Shown here: piece by piece, positions 8,812-18,351 of the stretch | How positions within the stretch are numbered: the first letter of the stretch is position 1 | How the letters are laid out: the number at the start of each line of letters is the position of its first letter | Assembly: GCA_965662845.1 (NCBI GenBank) | Contig: CBFIJD010000007.1 | Span: 15,904-79,903 of the forward strand | From: an uncultured bacterium | GTDB lineage: Bacteria; SAR324; NAC60-12 | Reading direction: 5' to 3' | Length of the DNA: 64,000 nt | Program-made: the position numbers and the translations under genes | The notes under the pieces: generated by a model | Database searches by the model: none | The model's input: the letters and a program-made list of their open reading frames with translations, nothing else | Told to the model about the DNA's origin: nothing

Positions 8812-10031
8812 CGGGTGCTCTCCTCTTGAAAGCGATCTAGCATCTCGCGAAAGATCGCTTCGCGAGTGAGGATTTCGGCGTCGGGGAGATGCTCGGCGGC
8901 GCAGACTTCTCGAAAGACGTCCGTCGGCTGCAACTCGTCCAGATTTTGCGTAGGCGCTTGTTCTTCCCAATGCTTGGTGGCTTGGGTGTATTCCACGCGC
9001 ACTTGCAACAGACGCAGGTCGTCGCGCTGGTTCGCGGCTTCTTGCACTTGCTGGTCGACGTGCGGCTGCGGGTAGTCGAGTTCTACGCGCACCTCCACCC
9101 AGTCCTCAAATCCGGAGTCGGTTCCTTGATGCAAGTGTAACTTCGCGCAGACTTCTTCGAGGGTGCCGCGCAGCCGCGTCAATCTTCGGGGGGCTTGCAG
9201 TGGGACTTCTTCCACGCGTTGCAGTTGGCCTTGCTCGACATGCAGCAACAGCGCGACTTTTTGGTCGTCGCGCTCACTAAAACTCAACGGCAGCGGCGAC
9301 CCGGAATAGCGGATGTGTTCGGTTCCTCCGACGCGTTGGGGACGATGCAAGTGGCCTAACGCGACATAGTCAAACAATGCTGGGAAGTCAGAGGCTGGGA
9401 AGCGCTCTTGGAGCCCGAGGTGGATTTCTTTCTCGGAATCGGTCGACTCGGTGTTAGCTGCGAAGAGGTGACCTGTGGCGCCGACAAACTGTCCTCGTGC
9501 TTTCCACGGTTTGGCAAGCTCGGCCAACCTGGCGTAGTGCGCGCGGATGCCTTCTCGCAAGCGGTGCTGGCGATCGGTATGGCCTTCGCCGGCAACGGCA
9601 GAGCGCAAATCGGAGTCTCGCAGAAACGGAACTGCACAGATCAAGGCTTCTTCGCCGTGACGATCTTTCAGTTGGATAAGTTGTTGTTGAGGATCGGCAG
9701 GCGCGCCGCCAATGACGTGAATCTGTAGGGCTTCCAACAGGAGCTGGGGCGCTTGCAAGGTGGAGATGGAGTCATGATTGCCACCCACGAGGATCGCCTG
9801 CTGACAATTCGTCTCGGTGGTCAAGCGATATAGAAAGCGATAGTACTGACTCAGGGCAGAGTTGGGCGGGTTCGCGGAGTCGAAAATGTCACCGGCGTGC
9901 AGCAGGCAGTCCACTTCGTTCTCAGAGATCAAACGGAGCAAGTGCTCCAAAAAGAATTCGTGCTCTGCATGGCGGTCTAAATTGCAGAGTTTCTGGCCTA
10001 GGTGCCAGTCGGAGGTGTGGAGGATGCGCAT
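8808..10031 (-). CDS. sbcD: DNA repair exonuclease SbcD (Mre11-like metallophosphoesterase)
   Basis: The N-terminus MRILHTSDWHLG is present, along with calcineurin-like phosphoesterase motifs (GDIFD, GNHD, GHLH). Confidence 0.9.
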   Translation of the reverse strand: MRILHTSDWHLGQKLCNLDRHAEHEFFLEHLLRLISENEVDCLLHAGDIFDSANPPNSALSQYYRFLYRLTTETNCQQAILVGGNHDSISTLQAPQLLLEALQIHVIGGAPADPQQQLIQLKDRHGEEALICAVPFLRDSDLRSAVAGEGHTDRQHRLREGIRAHYARLAELAKPWKARGQFVGATGHLFAANTESTDSEKEIHLGLQERFPASDFPALFDYVALGHLHRPQRVGGTEHIRYSGSPLPLSFSERDDQKVALLLHVEQGQLQRVEEVPLQAPRRLTRLRGTLEEVCAKLHLHQGTDSGFEDWVEVRVELDYPQPHVDQQVQEAANQRDDLRLLQVRVEYTQATKHWEEQAPTQNLDELQPTDVFREVCAAEHLPDAEILTREAIFREMLDRFQEESTR

Positions 10032-10136
10032 GAGGCCTCGCCAAAGAGTACGACCGCGCTCAGGAGCCGCGAAGAGAAAACAAAGCTCAACACGTTCTTA
10101 CGGGCGCCCCAAACAATCAAGTAACAGGAGACAATT

Positions 10137-10592
10137 TTGTCAGATTCTTTGACTCACGTAGAAATTCACACGGATGGGGCTTGTTCTCCGAACCCTGGCA
10201 ACGGGGGCTGGGCTGCGGTTCTGCTAATGGGGGAACACCGCCGCGAAATCTCAGGAGCCGAGGCCAACACCACCAACAACCGCATGGAGTTGATCGCGGC
10301 CATCCGTGCGCTCCAAGCGCTGAAGCGCCCTTGCCAAGTCACCCTGTACACTGACTCCCAGTATCTCAAAAACGCGTTCACACAAAAGTGGCTGGAGAAC
10401 TGGCAACGCAATGGATGGCGCACAAAAGGCGGTAAGGGGAAGGTGCTCAACCAAGATTTGTGGCAGGAGCTGCTGCTGCTCACGGCAACGCACCACGTCG
10501 AGTGGAAGTGGGTAAAAGGGCACGCAGGGCACCCTGAAAACGAACGCTGCGACGAACTTGCCGTCGCCGCTCGGAAAACGTTGGTCGAGTGA
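10137..10592 (+). CDS. rnhA: Ribonuclease HI
   Basis: Contains [38 protein letters not shown] and TDSQYL...[15 protein letters not shown], consistent with the RNase H catalytic residues. The start codon is TTG 10137, with an AGGAGA Shine-Dalgarno sequence 5 nt upstream. Confidence 0.88.
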   Translation: MSDSLTHVEIHTDGACSPNPGNGGWAAVLLMGEHRREISGAEANTTNNRMELIAAIRALQALKRPCQVTLYTDSQYLKNAFTQKWLENWQRNGWRTKGGKGKVLNQDLWQELLLLTATHHVEWKWVKGHAGHPENERCDELAVAARKTLVE

Positions 10593-10594
10593 TG

Positions 10595-13357
10595 TCAGGA
10601 GGGGAGCACGTGCGAGGCCATCTCCTCGTGGCTCGTCACGACGCTGGCGATGGGCAAGCGAATCTCGAAGGTAGTGCCTTTGCCCACTTCGCTTTCACAA
10701 CGGATGGTGCCTTTGTGCTGCTTGAGAATGTTCAGGCTAATCGACATGCCTAAGCCGGTGCCTTTGCCCGGCGGCTTCGTTGTGAAGAACGACTCAAAAA
10801 TCTTCTCTCGCACTTCTGGAGGAATCCCGCTGCCCGTATCGGCAAACTGGACGACGACCCCGTCTGCTTCCACAAAAGTCCGCACGGTCAATTTTCGCAC
10901 AGAGCGCTCTTCCATTGCGTCGCGCGCGTTATTGCACAGGTTGGTGAAGACCTGTTCGAGCTGAATGTCGTTCCCCATCACCATGGGGAGTTCAGGGGTC
11001 AACTCACGCTGTAGCGCTGCGCTGATTTTTGTGAGTTGCGGCTCAATCAAGAGGAACGTGTTTTCCAGCAGCTGGTTGATGTTTTGCGGCTGGAGGTCGT
11101 TATTGTCACTGCGGCGACTGTAGTTACGCATGTGGTCGATAATTGCTGTGCAGCGCTGCACCATCAATTTGATGCGCTCGTAGGATTCCTCTGTGTTGAC
11201 TTCCCGCCCCAGTTTGCTGGCCATCTCTAGATTGCTGAGCGTCATGTTGATCCCACCCAACGGCGATTTGAGTTCGTGCGCAATCCCAGAGGTCATCTCG
11301 CCGACCACCGCAAGTTTTGCCGACTGCACCAACATGTTCTGGGTGTCTTGCAGCTCTTGGAGCACGTTGCGGAGATCTAAGGTCACGCGGGCCAGCTGCA
11401 GGTGAGACTGAATCCGCGCGAGCAGCTCTTGACGCGAAAACGGCTTTGTTAAGTAGTCATTGGCGCCGCAGCGGAAGCCTTCCACGATGTCTTCAGGGCG
11501 GTCTTTGGCGGTCAGCAAAATCACGGGTAAGTCGGTGGCGTTGTGCGTTTTGCGAATGTGGCTACAGACTTCATAGCCCGACAGGTGGGGCATCATCACG
11601 TCCAACAAAATCAGTTGCGGCTTTTGTCGCTCCAGCATCTCCAGCGCTTGCCTGCCGTCAATCGCTACCTGTATTCGATAGCCCTGCATGCTCAGCTGAT
11701 TCTTCAGAACTTGGCGATTGACGGGCTCATCGTCGACCACGAGGATCGTGACATCCCCGACGTCACTGAGTTCCACAGCGATCGCCTCCTCTGCGTTGTC
11801 TGCGGCAGTGCTCTTTGTGGGGAGAGAGACCGGCGTAGAGGGCTGGGCCCAGCCCTCTTCTGACATCGCTGGGGGCCCCATCGCCTCCTCGACGAGCCCC
11901 ACCCTGAGGTCGCTCTCTGTGGCCTCATGGGAAAAGGAGCGTGGCAACGTGAAGTAGAAGGAGGAGCCTTTGCCGACTTCTGACTCTACGCGCATGCTTC
12001 CCCCGTGAATTTCCACGAACTGCCGCGTTACGCTGAGCCCTAAGCCGGTGCCGCCGTACTGCCTCGACGTGGAGGCGTCTGCTTGCTGAAACTCTTCAAA
12101 AATCGACTCGAGCTTGTCGGCTGGGATGCCAATGCCGCTGTCATGCACGCCAAACTCAATCTCCTGCTCGTAAACGGTTGCGCTGAGCCGAACTTCGCCT
12201 TCTGCGGTGAACTTGACCGCGTTGCCCAACAAATTCAGTAAAATCTGCTGGATGCGGTTGTCGTCACCATCTACCAGCGGGAGCTCCTCGGGCAAGTCGT
12301 GACGCAGTGTCAGCTCTTTGCCTTCCAGCAGAGGGCGCAGCAGCGGCAGCACGGTGTTGGACAACTTACGCACATCGACGGGGCGGTGCGCGATCTCTAG
12401 GTTGCGATTCTGCAATTTGGAGAAGTCTAAGATGTCATTCACCAAGCTGGAGAGGCGCCGCCCGCTCGCGATGATCATCTGGAGGTTTTCTTTTGCTTCT
12501 GGTGTGACGGGGCCAGCCACGCCTGCGGTTAAGGATTCGGCGAGACCAATGATTCCATGCAGCGGTGTGCGCAATTCGTGAGAGGTGTTCGCCAAAAACT
12601 GACTTTTGGCGGCGCTAGCGGCTTCCGCTTGTTCCTTCGCTTCTCGCAGCGCTTCTTGGGTTGCCCGCTCTTGGGCCTGCATCGCTTGAATGTTCTCGGC
12701 CATCTGGTTGAAAGCGCGCGCCGTGTCTTGAAGCTCGTCTTTCTTTTCAGAGACGGGAATGCGGTGCGACCAGTCGCCTTCGGCAATTTTACCGGAGGCG
12801 TCCTGCAATTTGGTGAGGTGACGGGTGAGATATATGCCGAACAGCAAGGAGATGGTCGCCGACAACAGCAGCTCGACGAAAGCGATCACTAAGGTTCGGT
12901 CTCGAGCTTGAAGAATGGCAGCTTCAATTTTGGTGGTTGAGAAGCCCATCTCTACCCGCACGAGGGGAACCGCGCTCTCGTAGACGGTAGACTCGGTGTC
13001 AAAGACGCTGTCGGTCAACTCATTGAAACTCAGGCCGATGTCGCTGGAGAACGGCTTTTCGAGGCGCTGCACGTCTCCGCCCTCGGCGAGGGTTTCTCCG
13101 TGCGCAATCACGCGCGCATACACGACGCCTTCGTTGCGCAACACATCTTGCACCGCGCTCTCGAGGGTTGCGAGGTCAAATGAGAGCGCGGCGTCTTTCG
13201 TCATATTGGCGAACAGCTGGGCTGCGGTCTGGCTGCTACGCACGAGCTCCTGCTCGTGGGATGTCCGCAGCGAGTATAGGCTGTTCCAAATCAGCACAGA
13301 CAGCGTCAGCGTCTCAATCAGCGCAATACCAAGGATCGTCTTCAGTCGAAAGGACAT
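10595..13357 (-). CDS. Hybrid sensor histidine kinase (920 aa). Its architecture is TM-periplasmic-TM-HAMP-HisKA-HATPase-REC followed by a second HisKA-HATPase.
   Basis: First kinase core: H-box SHELRTPLHGI and a G-box GGTGLGLSVTRQF. Receiver domain: ILVVDDEPVNRQVL...LLDVMMP...ILLTAKD. Second kinase core: H-box AHELKSPLGGI, N-box NARDAMEE, and DTGSGIP...GKGTGLGMSIS. The whole stretch is a single ORF. Confidence 0.85.
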   Translation of the reverse strand: MSFRLKTILGIALIETLTLSVLIWNSLYSLRTSHEQELVRSSQTAAQLFANMTKDAALSFDLATLESAVQDVLRNEGVVYARVIAHGETLAEGGDVQRLEKPFSSDIGLSFNELTDSVFDTESTVYESAVPLVRVEMGFSTTKIEAAILQARDRTLVIAFVELLLSATISLLFGIYLTRHLTKLQDASGKIAEGDWSHRIPVSEKKDELQDTARAFNQMAENIQAMQAQERATQEALREAKEQAEAASAAKSQFLANTSHELRTPLHGIIGLAESLTAGVAGPVTPEAKENLQMIIASGRRLSSLVNDILDFSKLQNRNLEIAHRPVDVRKLSNTVLPLLRPLLEGKELTLRHDLPEELPLVDGDDNRIQQILLNLLGNAVKFTAEGEVRLSATVYEQEIEFGVHDSGIGIPADKLESIFEEFQQADASTSRQYGGTGLGLSVTRQFVEIHGGSMRVESEVGKGSSFYFTLPRSFSHEATESDLRVGLVEEAMGPPAMSEEGWAQPSTPVSLPTKSTAADNAEEAIAVELSDVGDVTILVVDDEPVNRQVLKNQLSMQGYRIQVAIDGRQALEMLERQKPQLILLDVMMPHLSGYEVCSHIRKTHNATDLPVILLTAKDRPEDIVEGFRCGANDYLTKPFSRQELLARIQSHLQLARVTLDLRNVLQELQDTQNMLVQSAKLAVVGEMTSGIAHELKSPLGGINMTLSNLEMASKLGREVNTEESYERIKLMVQRCTAIIDHMRNYSRRSDNNDLQPQNINQLLENTFLLIEPQLTKISAALQRELTPELPMVMGNDIQLEQVFTNLCNNARDAMEERSVRKLTVRTFVEADGVVVQFADTGSGIPPEVREKIFESFFTTKPPGKGTGLGMSISLNILKQHKGTIRCESEVGKGTTFEIRLPIASVVTSHEEMASHVLPS

Positions 13358-13366
13358 GCGAGCAAT

Positions 13367-14197
13367 CTATTTGAGGTATTTATCAAGCAAAGTGATGTTT
13401 AGTGCACGGACATCGTCCCAGTCGCGATCTTCCGCAAAGCGCAGGCCCTTCCCAAAATTGACTGCCTGCAAGACTTCTTTGCCCTCCGTGCTTTGCAGCA
13501 AGTTCCGCATCGCTTGCTGCAGTTGAGCAACATGCGCAGCAGGGATCCCTGGGCGAGCTGCGAACGCGTGGGGGGTGAACTCGGCCGTTGTCCAGAAGAC
13601 GCGCAAGTCTGCCTTCACATCCTCAGGCAGGTTGTTGAACGTGCGCAGAATGCCTCCTCCGGCAGGGAAGATCCCTTTGGCCACAGCGCGATAGACGGAG
13701 TCATGTGACGAGACATACTGGGGTGTGAAGTCAATCCCAGACTTGGTCAAGCTGGCCCGGGGCAACACACTCGCAGCGAAAGCCGCCGGCGACGGGAAGG
13801 CCAGTTTTTGGCCTTGCAGTTGCTCGATCGCCTCGACGCCCGCGTCTTTGCGCGTGACTAGAATCCCCTTGATCGTTTTGCCTTCTTCTCGGGCAAAGGC
13901 TCGATAGCCCGGCTTTTGGGAGAACACCACATAGTGATAGGGGTTCATATATGCAAAATCATATTGCTGATTGAACACACGGTCTTCAAACGTTGGAATG
14001 TTTTTCGCGGTGCTAAACTGCAGTTTGAAATCGGTCTGCTTTTCTAGCGCTTGCAGAATTGGAATCCAGAGCTTGGCGAGTCGGCTCGCCGACTGTTGTG
14101 GCACAATACCAACCGTGTAAGTCGGCTGTTGCGCCCAAAGCGTCCCCGTGCTCCAGATGAGCAGAGATATTGCTAAATAAACCCATAGTTTTCGCAT
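13367..14197 (-). CDS. Periplasmic phosphonate/sulfonate-type ABC substrate-binding protein (PhnD/SsuA-like). It is an orphan placed 9 nt upstream of the hybrid kinase.
   Basis: The signal peptide is MRKLWVYLAISLLIWSTGTLWA. YTVGIVPQQSASRL...FAYMNPYHYV...GILVTRKD is the type 2 PBP pattern of PhnD-like proteins. A GGGAGA Shine-Dalgarno sequence lies 6 nt upstream. Confidence 0.6.
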   Translation of the reverse strand: MRKLWVYLAISLLIWSTGTLWAQQPTYTVGIVPQQSASRLAKLWIPILQALEKQTDFKLQFSTAKNIPTFEDRVFNQQYDFAYMNPYHYVVFSQKPGYRAFAREEGKTIKGILVTRKDAGVEAIEQLQGQKLAFPSPAAFAASVLPRASLTKSGIDFTPQYVSSHDSVYRAVAKGIFPAGGGILRTFNNLPEDVKADLRVFWTTAEFTPHAFAARPGIPAAHVAQLQQAMRNLLQSTEGKEVLQAVNFGKGLRFAEDRDWDDVRALNITLLDKYLK

Positions 14198-14283
14198 GTT
14201 GTTCTCCCGAAGAATGCAAAGTCAAAAAGGATTGAAACGCTAACGAAGAGATGCGGAAACCTCCAGTCTTCTTTTCGCGCTTT

Positions 14284-15306
14284 TCAAGGTGTGGGCGATG
14301 GGAGTTCTTGCAGAAGTTGAGTGACTTCTGTGGGAGAGATCTCCTTCAAACAGCGATAGTGTCCAAAGCGGCAAGTCCGCGCAAAGCAAGGGGAGCAAGG
14401 CTCCTCTCGAGTGATCCAACGCGCGAGGGGATTGAGCGGCCGAGTCCATGTGGTCGAGGTCGAACCAAAAATGGCGACTTGGGGACGCTGCAAGGCGGCC
14501 ATGATGTGCATGCTGCCAGAATCGTTACTGAGGAGCCACTGAGCCCGTGAAAGAATCGCGACCAGCTGCGGTAAGTTAGAGCGACCACACCAGTTGTGGG
14601 CTCCCTCCAAATTGGCCGCAATCGACTCCCCAAGCGCTTGGTCGGTTGGGGTGCCTAAAATGAGCAATTCTAATTGAGGGTTGGCCTCTCGCAGCAGCCT
14701 CACCGTCTCATGGAAAGCCTCCGCAGGCCACTGTTTCGCGGGGCCATAGATCGCTCCTGGAGCGAGCGCGGCAAAGGGCTCTGGCAACTCTGGGAGCGCC
14801 TGTAGGTGCTGCGCGCACCACTCTTCGGTCAGAAGAAGACGCGGGAAAATGGGAGAGGGCGGCGTTTGCTCTCCCAACAAATCCAGATATTCCTCCACCA
14901 AATGACGCGAGCGCGGTTGCCAATCGCTCTGAAGAGCAGGGCGTAAGAGCGCTGAGCGCAGCTCGCCAGCATAGCCGATGCGCTCAGGGATTTGACTGCG
15001 CCATGCCATCCACGCCGACGAAAAGCTGGGAGGGAGCACATACATGCGGTCATAACCGCGCTCCCGCAGCTCAACTCCAAACCGCCCAGATTTCTGGCGA
15101 GCGCGGTTAAACGGTAAGATCTCTCCCCGATGTGGCAGAGGCAGGTTCTCAAATCCTTTTTTGACGATCAGATCCACCTGCGCCTTAGGGAACTGTTCGA
15201 TGACCGCCTGACAGAACGCGGTCGCCATCATCAAATCTCCTAGCCAATTCGGGGTTCGGATGAGGATTTTTTCGGGTGGTTGCTTCATGGGGAGAGGGGG
15301 CAACAA
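14284..15306 (-). CDS. ADP-heptose:LPS heptosyltransferase (glycosyltransferase family 9, WaaF/RfaF-like)
   Basis: Contains ILIRTPNWLGDLMMATAF...NDSGSMHIMAALQRPQVAIFGSTS, the GT9 motifs. Alternative starts are M 15306 and M 15288. Confidence 0.8.
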   Translation of the reverse strand: MLPPLPMKQPPEKILIRTPNWLGDLMMATAFCQAVIEQFPKAQVDLIVKKGFENLPLPHRGEILPFNRARQKSGRFGVELRERGYDRMYVLPPSFSSAWMAWRSQIPERIGYAGELRSALLRPALQSDWQPRSRHLVEEYLDLLGEQTPPSPIFPRLLLTEEWCAQHLQALPELPEPFAALAPGAIYGPAKQWPAEAFHETVRLLREANPQLELLILGTPTDQALGESIAANLEGAHNWCGRSNLPQLVAILSRAQWLLSNDSGSMHIMAALQRPQVAIFGSTSTTWTRPLNPLARWITREEPCSPCFARTCRFGHYRCLKEISPTEVTQLLQELPSPTP

Positions 15307-15322
15307 AAAAAAGTGGGAATGC

Positions 15323-15350
15323 TCGACAAATTTAAATTTTCATATATTCT
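15323..15350 (+). promoter_or_regulatory. Putative sigma70-like promoter: TCGACA, a 16-nt spacer, then TATTCT, in an AT-rich intergenic region
   Basis: Read from the sequence only. It sits upstream of a small ORF that has a strong Shine-Dalgarno sequence. Confidence 0.2.
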
Positions 15351-15383
15351 CATGTTCTTTTTTACTCATCACAGGAGGGCACA

Positions 15384-15470
15384 ATGGGGGAATGGGGAAT
15401 TGTTGGTTTTCTCGTAGTTTGGTTTGTTTTGCAGCGCTGGATCCTTCCCAAAATGGGAGTTCCCACCTGA
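15384..15470 (+). CDS. Possible 28-aa hydrophobic peptide MGEWGIVGFLVVWFVLQRWILPKMGVPT
   Basis: An AGGAGG Shine-Dalgarno sequence lies 5 nt upstream of the ATG. The peptide is a single predicted TM helix, in the AT-rich gap between purB and the heptosyltransferase gene. Confidence 0.25.
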   Translation: MGEWGIVGFLVVWFVLQRWILPKMGVPT

Positions 15471-15604
15471 ATGAGCCCAGATGCGTGTCGCGTGCCGACA
15501 CCAAAATCGGATGAAAAATCAGACCAGAAAGTCACAGAGGAAGGCGTCGAGGAGAAGAGAGAAGTGTGAGTGTTGATAAGCTCACTTTGCCTAAAGGGAG
15601 CGTC

Positions 15605-17035
15605 TTACATCAGCGGTTCTGGAGCCAGCGTTCGCGCTCTGGGGTACTGCACGACCCATTGCGCAACCTGCTTCAGAAACGTGTCTACTTGCTGAGGAGC
15701 AGAGCCCAAGAAGCGGGACGAGTTGTTGAGCAGCGCTTGGAGCTCTTCTTCATTGAGAGGAATTTGTGGATCGGCGGCTAGTCGCTCAACCAGGTTGTTG
15801 TCGGTTCGTTGCCCAGCGCGCAGTTCATGGGAGACCTCAACGGCGTGATGTTTGATGCGCTCGTGCGCCGCTTCGCGTCCCGCCCCACGTTTGACGGCTT
15901 CCATCAAGATTGTCGTTGTCGCTAAAAACGGGAGCTGCTGCTGCACTTCTTGCCGAATCATCGACTCATAAAAGCCCATCTCGTCCAAGATCGTGAGCAT
16001 GGTCTCAAGTTGCCCATCCATTGCCAAGAACGCTCCAGGAAGCGCGACTCTGCGCACTACAGAACAAGAGACATCTCCTTCGTTCCATTGGTCTCCGCTC
16101 AATCCCATCAGCATGTTGGCGAAGCCGTTCAGGATCTGATGCAGGCCATTGATCCGTTCTGCGTTGCGCGCGTTCATTTTGTGAGGCATCGCTGAAGACC
16201 CCACCTGTCCTTGCTGAAATCCTTCGGTAAACAATCCTTGGCCCGCCATCAAACGGAGCGTTTTTGCCAAGCTGCTGACGCCAGAGCTTGCTCCAAATAG
16301 AGCTTGCACGACTTCGGCGTCGAGGCTGCGTGGATAGATCTGACCCACTGCGTTCAGCTGAGCGGGGCAGTTCAAGAATTGCAGCACGCGACTGCTCAGT
16401 TGACGCACCTTCTCCGCGTCTTGTAGCAGCACGTGTTGGTCGAGCTGAGTGCCCACAGCTCCCTGCAGTCCCCGTACAGGATAGGAGTGACAGAGCGTGT
16501 CGAGACGACAGACCGCCTGTAGCATCTCCTCGCCGAACATGGCCAAGCGCTTGCCGACTGTCGTTGGCTGAGCTGGGACGTTGTGTGTCCGCCCGACGAG
16601 CATCAAATCGCGAGTTTTCTCTGCCCATTGAGCCAAGCGATACAAGACGGCAATCAACTTCTCTTGCACCAACGCCAACGCCCGCAGCACTTGCATCTGC
16701 TCCACATTGTCCGTCAAATCACGGCTCGTCATTCCTTTGTGAATCTGTTCGAAGCCGGCGAGTTCACAAAACTCTTCAATGCGCGCTTTCACGTCGTGAC
16801 GCAGCGTCCGCTCTCGTTCTGCGATGCGCTCTAAGTGAATTTGCCCGCGCACCTTCTCATACGCCTCAATCGCCTCATCAGGGATGTCAATGCCGACCTC
16901 TTGCTGCGCTTTCATCACAGCAATCCAAAATTCGCGCTCCAGGCTAACCTTGCCGGCTGTTGACCACAAATCGCACATGGTGGAGCTGGCGTAACGCTGG
17001 GCTAAAACGTCTGGAAGAACGGCTTTGTTGGACAT
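15605..17035 (-). CDS. purB: Adenylosuccinate lyase
   Basis: The fumarate-lyase signature GSSAMPHKMNARN is present, the N-terminus is MSNKAVLPDVLAQRYAS, and the length is about 476 aa. Confidence 0.88.
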   Translation of the reverse strand: MSNKAVLPDVLAQRYASSTMCDLWSTAGKVSLEREFWIAVMKAQQEVGIDIPDEAIEAYEKVRGQIHLERIAERERTLRHDVKARIEEFCELAGFEQIHKGMTSRDLTDNVEQMQVLRALALVQEKLIAVLYRLAQWAEKTRDLMLVGRTHNVPAQPTTVGKRLAMFGEEMLQAVCRLDTLCHSYPVRGLQGAVGTQLDQHVLLQDAEKVRQLSSRVLQFLNCPAQLNAVGQIYPRSLDAEVVQALFGASSGVSSLAKTLRLMAGQGLFTEGFQQGQVGSSAMPHKMNARNAERINGLHQILNGFANMLMGLSGDQWNEGDVSCSVVRRVALPGAFLAMDGQLETMLTILDEMGFYESMIRQEVQQQLPFLATTTILMEAVKRGAGREAAHERIKHHAVEVSHELRAGQRTDNNLVERLAADPQIPLNEEELQALLNNSSRFLGSAPQQVDTFLKQVAQWVVQYPRARTLAPEPLM

Positions 17036-17044
17036 AATTCCCTT

Positions 17045-18013
17045 TCAGAGTCCGACTTTTTGACGAACACGCGCGCGCACGGCGCTGGAGACGTGACGGG
17101 CTTTGTCGCGGCCCGCTTCTAAGATTCCATCCAACTGGTCTGTCTGTGAGCGCAGGGCAAAGAACTGATCTCGCGCGGCACCTAATTGCTCTTCTAACAC
17201 TTCGAACAGTGCTTGCTTCGCTTCTCCATATCCCATTCCGCCTGCTTGGTAGCGCTCTGCCAGCTCTTGCTGTCGTTCTGCGGTCGCGAAGAGTTTGTAA
17301 AGCGAGAACACGTTGCAGGTGTCAGGATCTTTGACATCTTCGACGGTCTTAGAGTCCGTTTGCATCTTCATCACGGCTTTGCGCAGCTGCTTCGAGGAGG
17401 CGAACAGCGGGATCACGTTGTTGTAGGACTTGCTCATCTTTTGGCCGTCGAGTCCCGGAATCGTCGCGACCTCGTCTCCGATCAGCGCTTCTGGAACAGT
17501 CAGAGTTTCGCCATAGATATGGTTGAAGCGCAGGGCGATGTCTCGGGTGATCTCAAGGTGCTGTTTTTGGTCTTTGCCCACCGGCACGAACTGCGCGTCA
17601 TACATCAAGATGTCCGCGGCTTGGAGCACCGGGTAGCAAAACAGGCCAAGGCTGACATCCTGCTGTTTGGCTTGCGCATCTTTGTAGGCGTGAGCGCGCT
17701 CCAACAGGCCTTTCGACGCGACACAAGAGAGAATCCAGCACAGCTCGGTGACTTCGGGGACGTCGGACTGGCGAAAAAATGTATGCTGCTCGAAATCCAT
17801 TCCCAACGCGGCAAAGATCGCGACTAGGTCGTGCGTGTGCTCGCGCAAGGACTCTGCGTCTCGGACGGTCGTTAAGGCGTGATAATCAGCAATGAAATAG
17901 AAGGTGTCGTGCGTGCGTTGGAGTTCAAGGGCGGGACGAAGCGCCCCCAGATAGTTCCCGAGGTGAGGAGTTCCGGAGGGCTTAATGCCAGTTAAGGCGC
18001 GGGGGCGGGTCAT
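17045..18013 (-). CDS. trpS: Tryptophan--tRNA ligase
   Basis: The HIGH-type motif is [16 protein letters not shown] and the KMSKS motif is present. Class I aaRS, 322 aa. Confidence 0.9.
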   Translation of the reverse strand: MTRPRALTGIKPSGTPHLGNYLGALRPALELQRTHDTFYFIADYHALTTVRDAESLREHTHDLVAIFAALGMDFEQHTFFRQSDVPEVTELCWILSCVASKGLLERAHAYKDAQAKQQDVSLGLFCYPVLQAADILMYDAQFVPVGKDQKQHLEITRDIALRFNHIYGETLTVPEALIGDEVATIPGLDGQKMSKSYNNVIPLFASSKQLRKAVMKMQTDSKTVEDVKDPDTCNVFSLYKLFATAERQQELAERYQAGGMGYGEAKQALFEVLEEQLGAARDQFFALRSQTDQLDGILEAGRDKARHVSSAVRARVRQKVGL

Positions 18014-18306
18014 GCTTCAGTGGCAGCAGAGACTTCGTTGGTTGCCGTTTGGACGAGGGGCACAATGTTGATGAATTTGCGATTGTTGCGCTTTTTCGTG
18101 AATTGGACTGTGCCGTCGGTGAGCGCAAAGAGGGTGTAGTCTTTGCCTGTGCCCACGTTCTCACCTGCGTGGAAAGTGGATCCGACTTGTCGAACCAAGA
18201 TGTTTCCGGCCTTTACTTCTTGACCCCCAAAGCGCTTGACGCCTCGGCGCTTGCCAATTGAATCTCGTCCGTTACGGCTGCTGCCGCCTGCTTTTTTGTG
18301 TGCCAT
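18010..18306 (-). CDS. rpmA: 50S ribosomal protein L27
   Basis: [28 protein letters not shown]... is the canonical L27 N-terminus. A short C-terminal extension is present. Confidence 0.92.
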   Translation of the reverse strand: MAHKKAGGSSRNGRDSIGKRRGVKRFGGQEVKAGNILVRQVGSTFHAGENVGTGKDYTLFALTDGTVQFTKKRNNRKFINIVPLVQTATNEVSAATEA

Positions 18307-18351
18307 TGCGGTTCCTGCGGATAGCGAATGATAGAAGTGGAGTGAACAGTC

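Noticed and set aside
5164-10031. SbcC/SbcD as an SMC-type antiphage system (Lamassu or Wadjet-like)
   Set aside because: The proteins have the canonical SbcC length, zinc hook and ABC motifs, and an Mre11-type SbcD. They are coupled in the standard sbcD-sbcC order, with no extra kleisin or JetD-like genes.
16005-16947. 207-aa minus-strand and 219-aa plus-strand ORFs inside purB
   Set aside because: They are Arg/Ser/Pro-rich shadows of the purB frame. purB is strongly supported by the fumarate-lyase signature.
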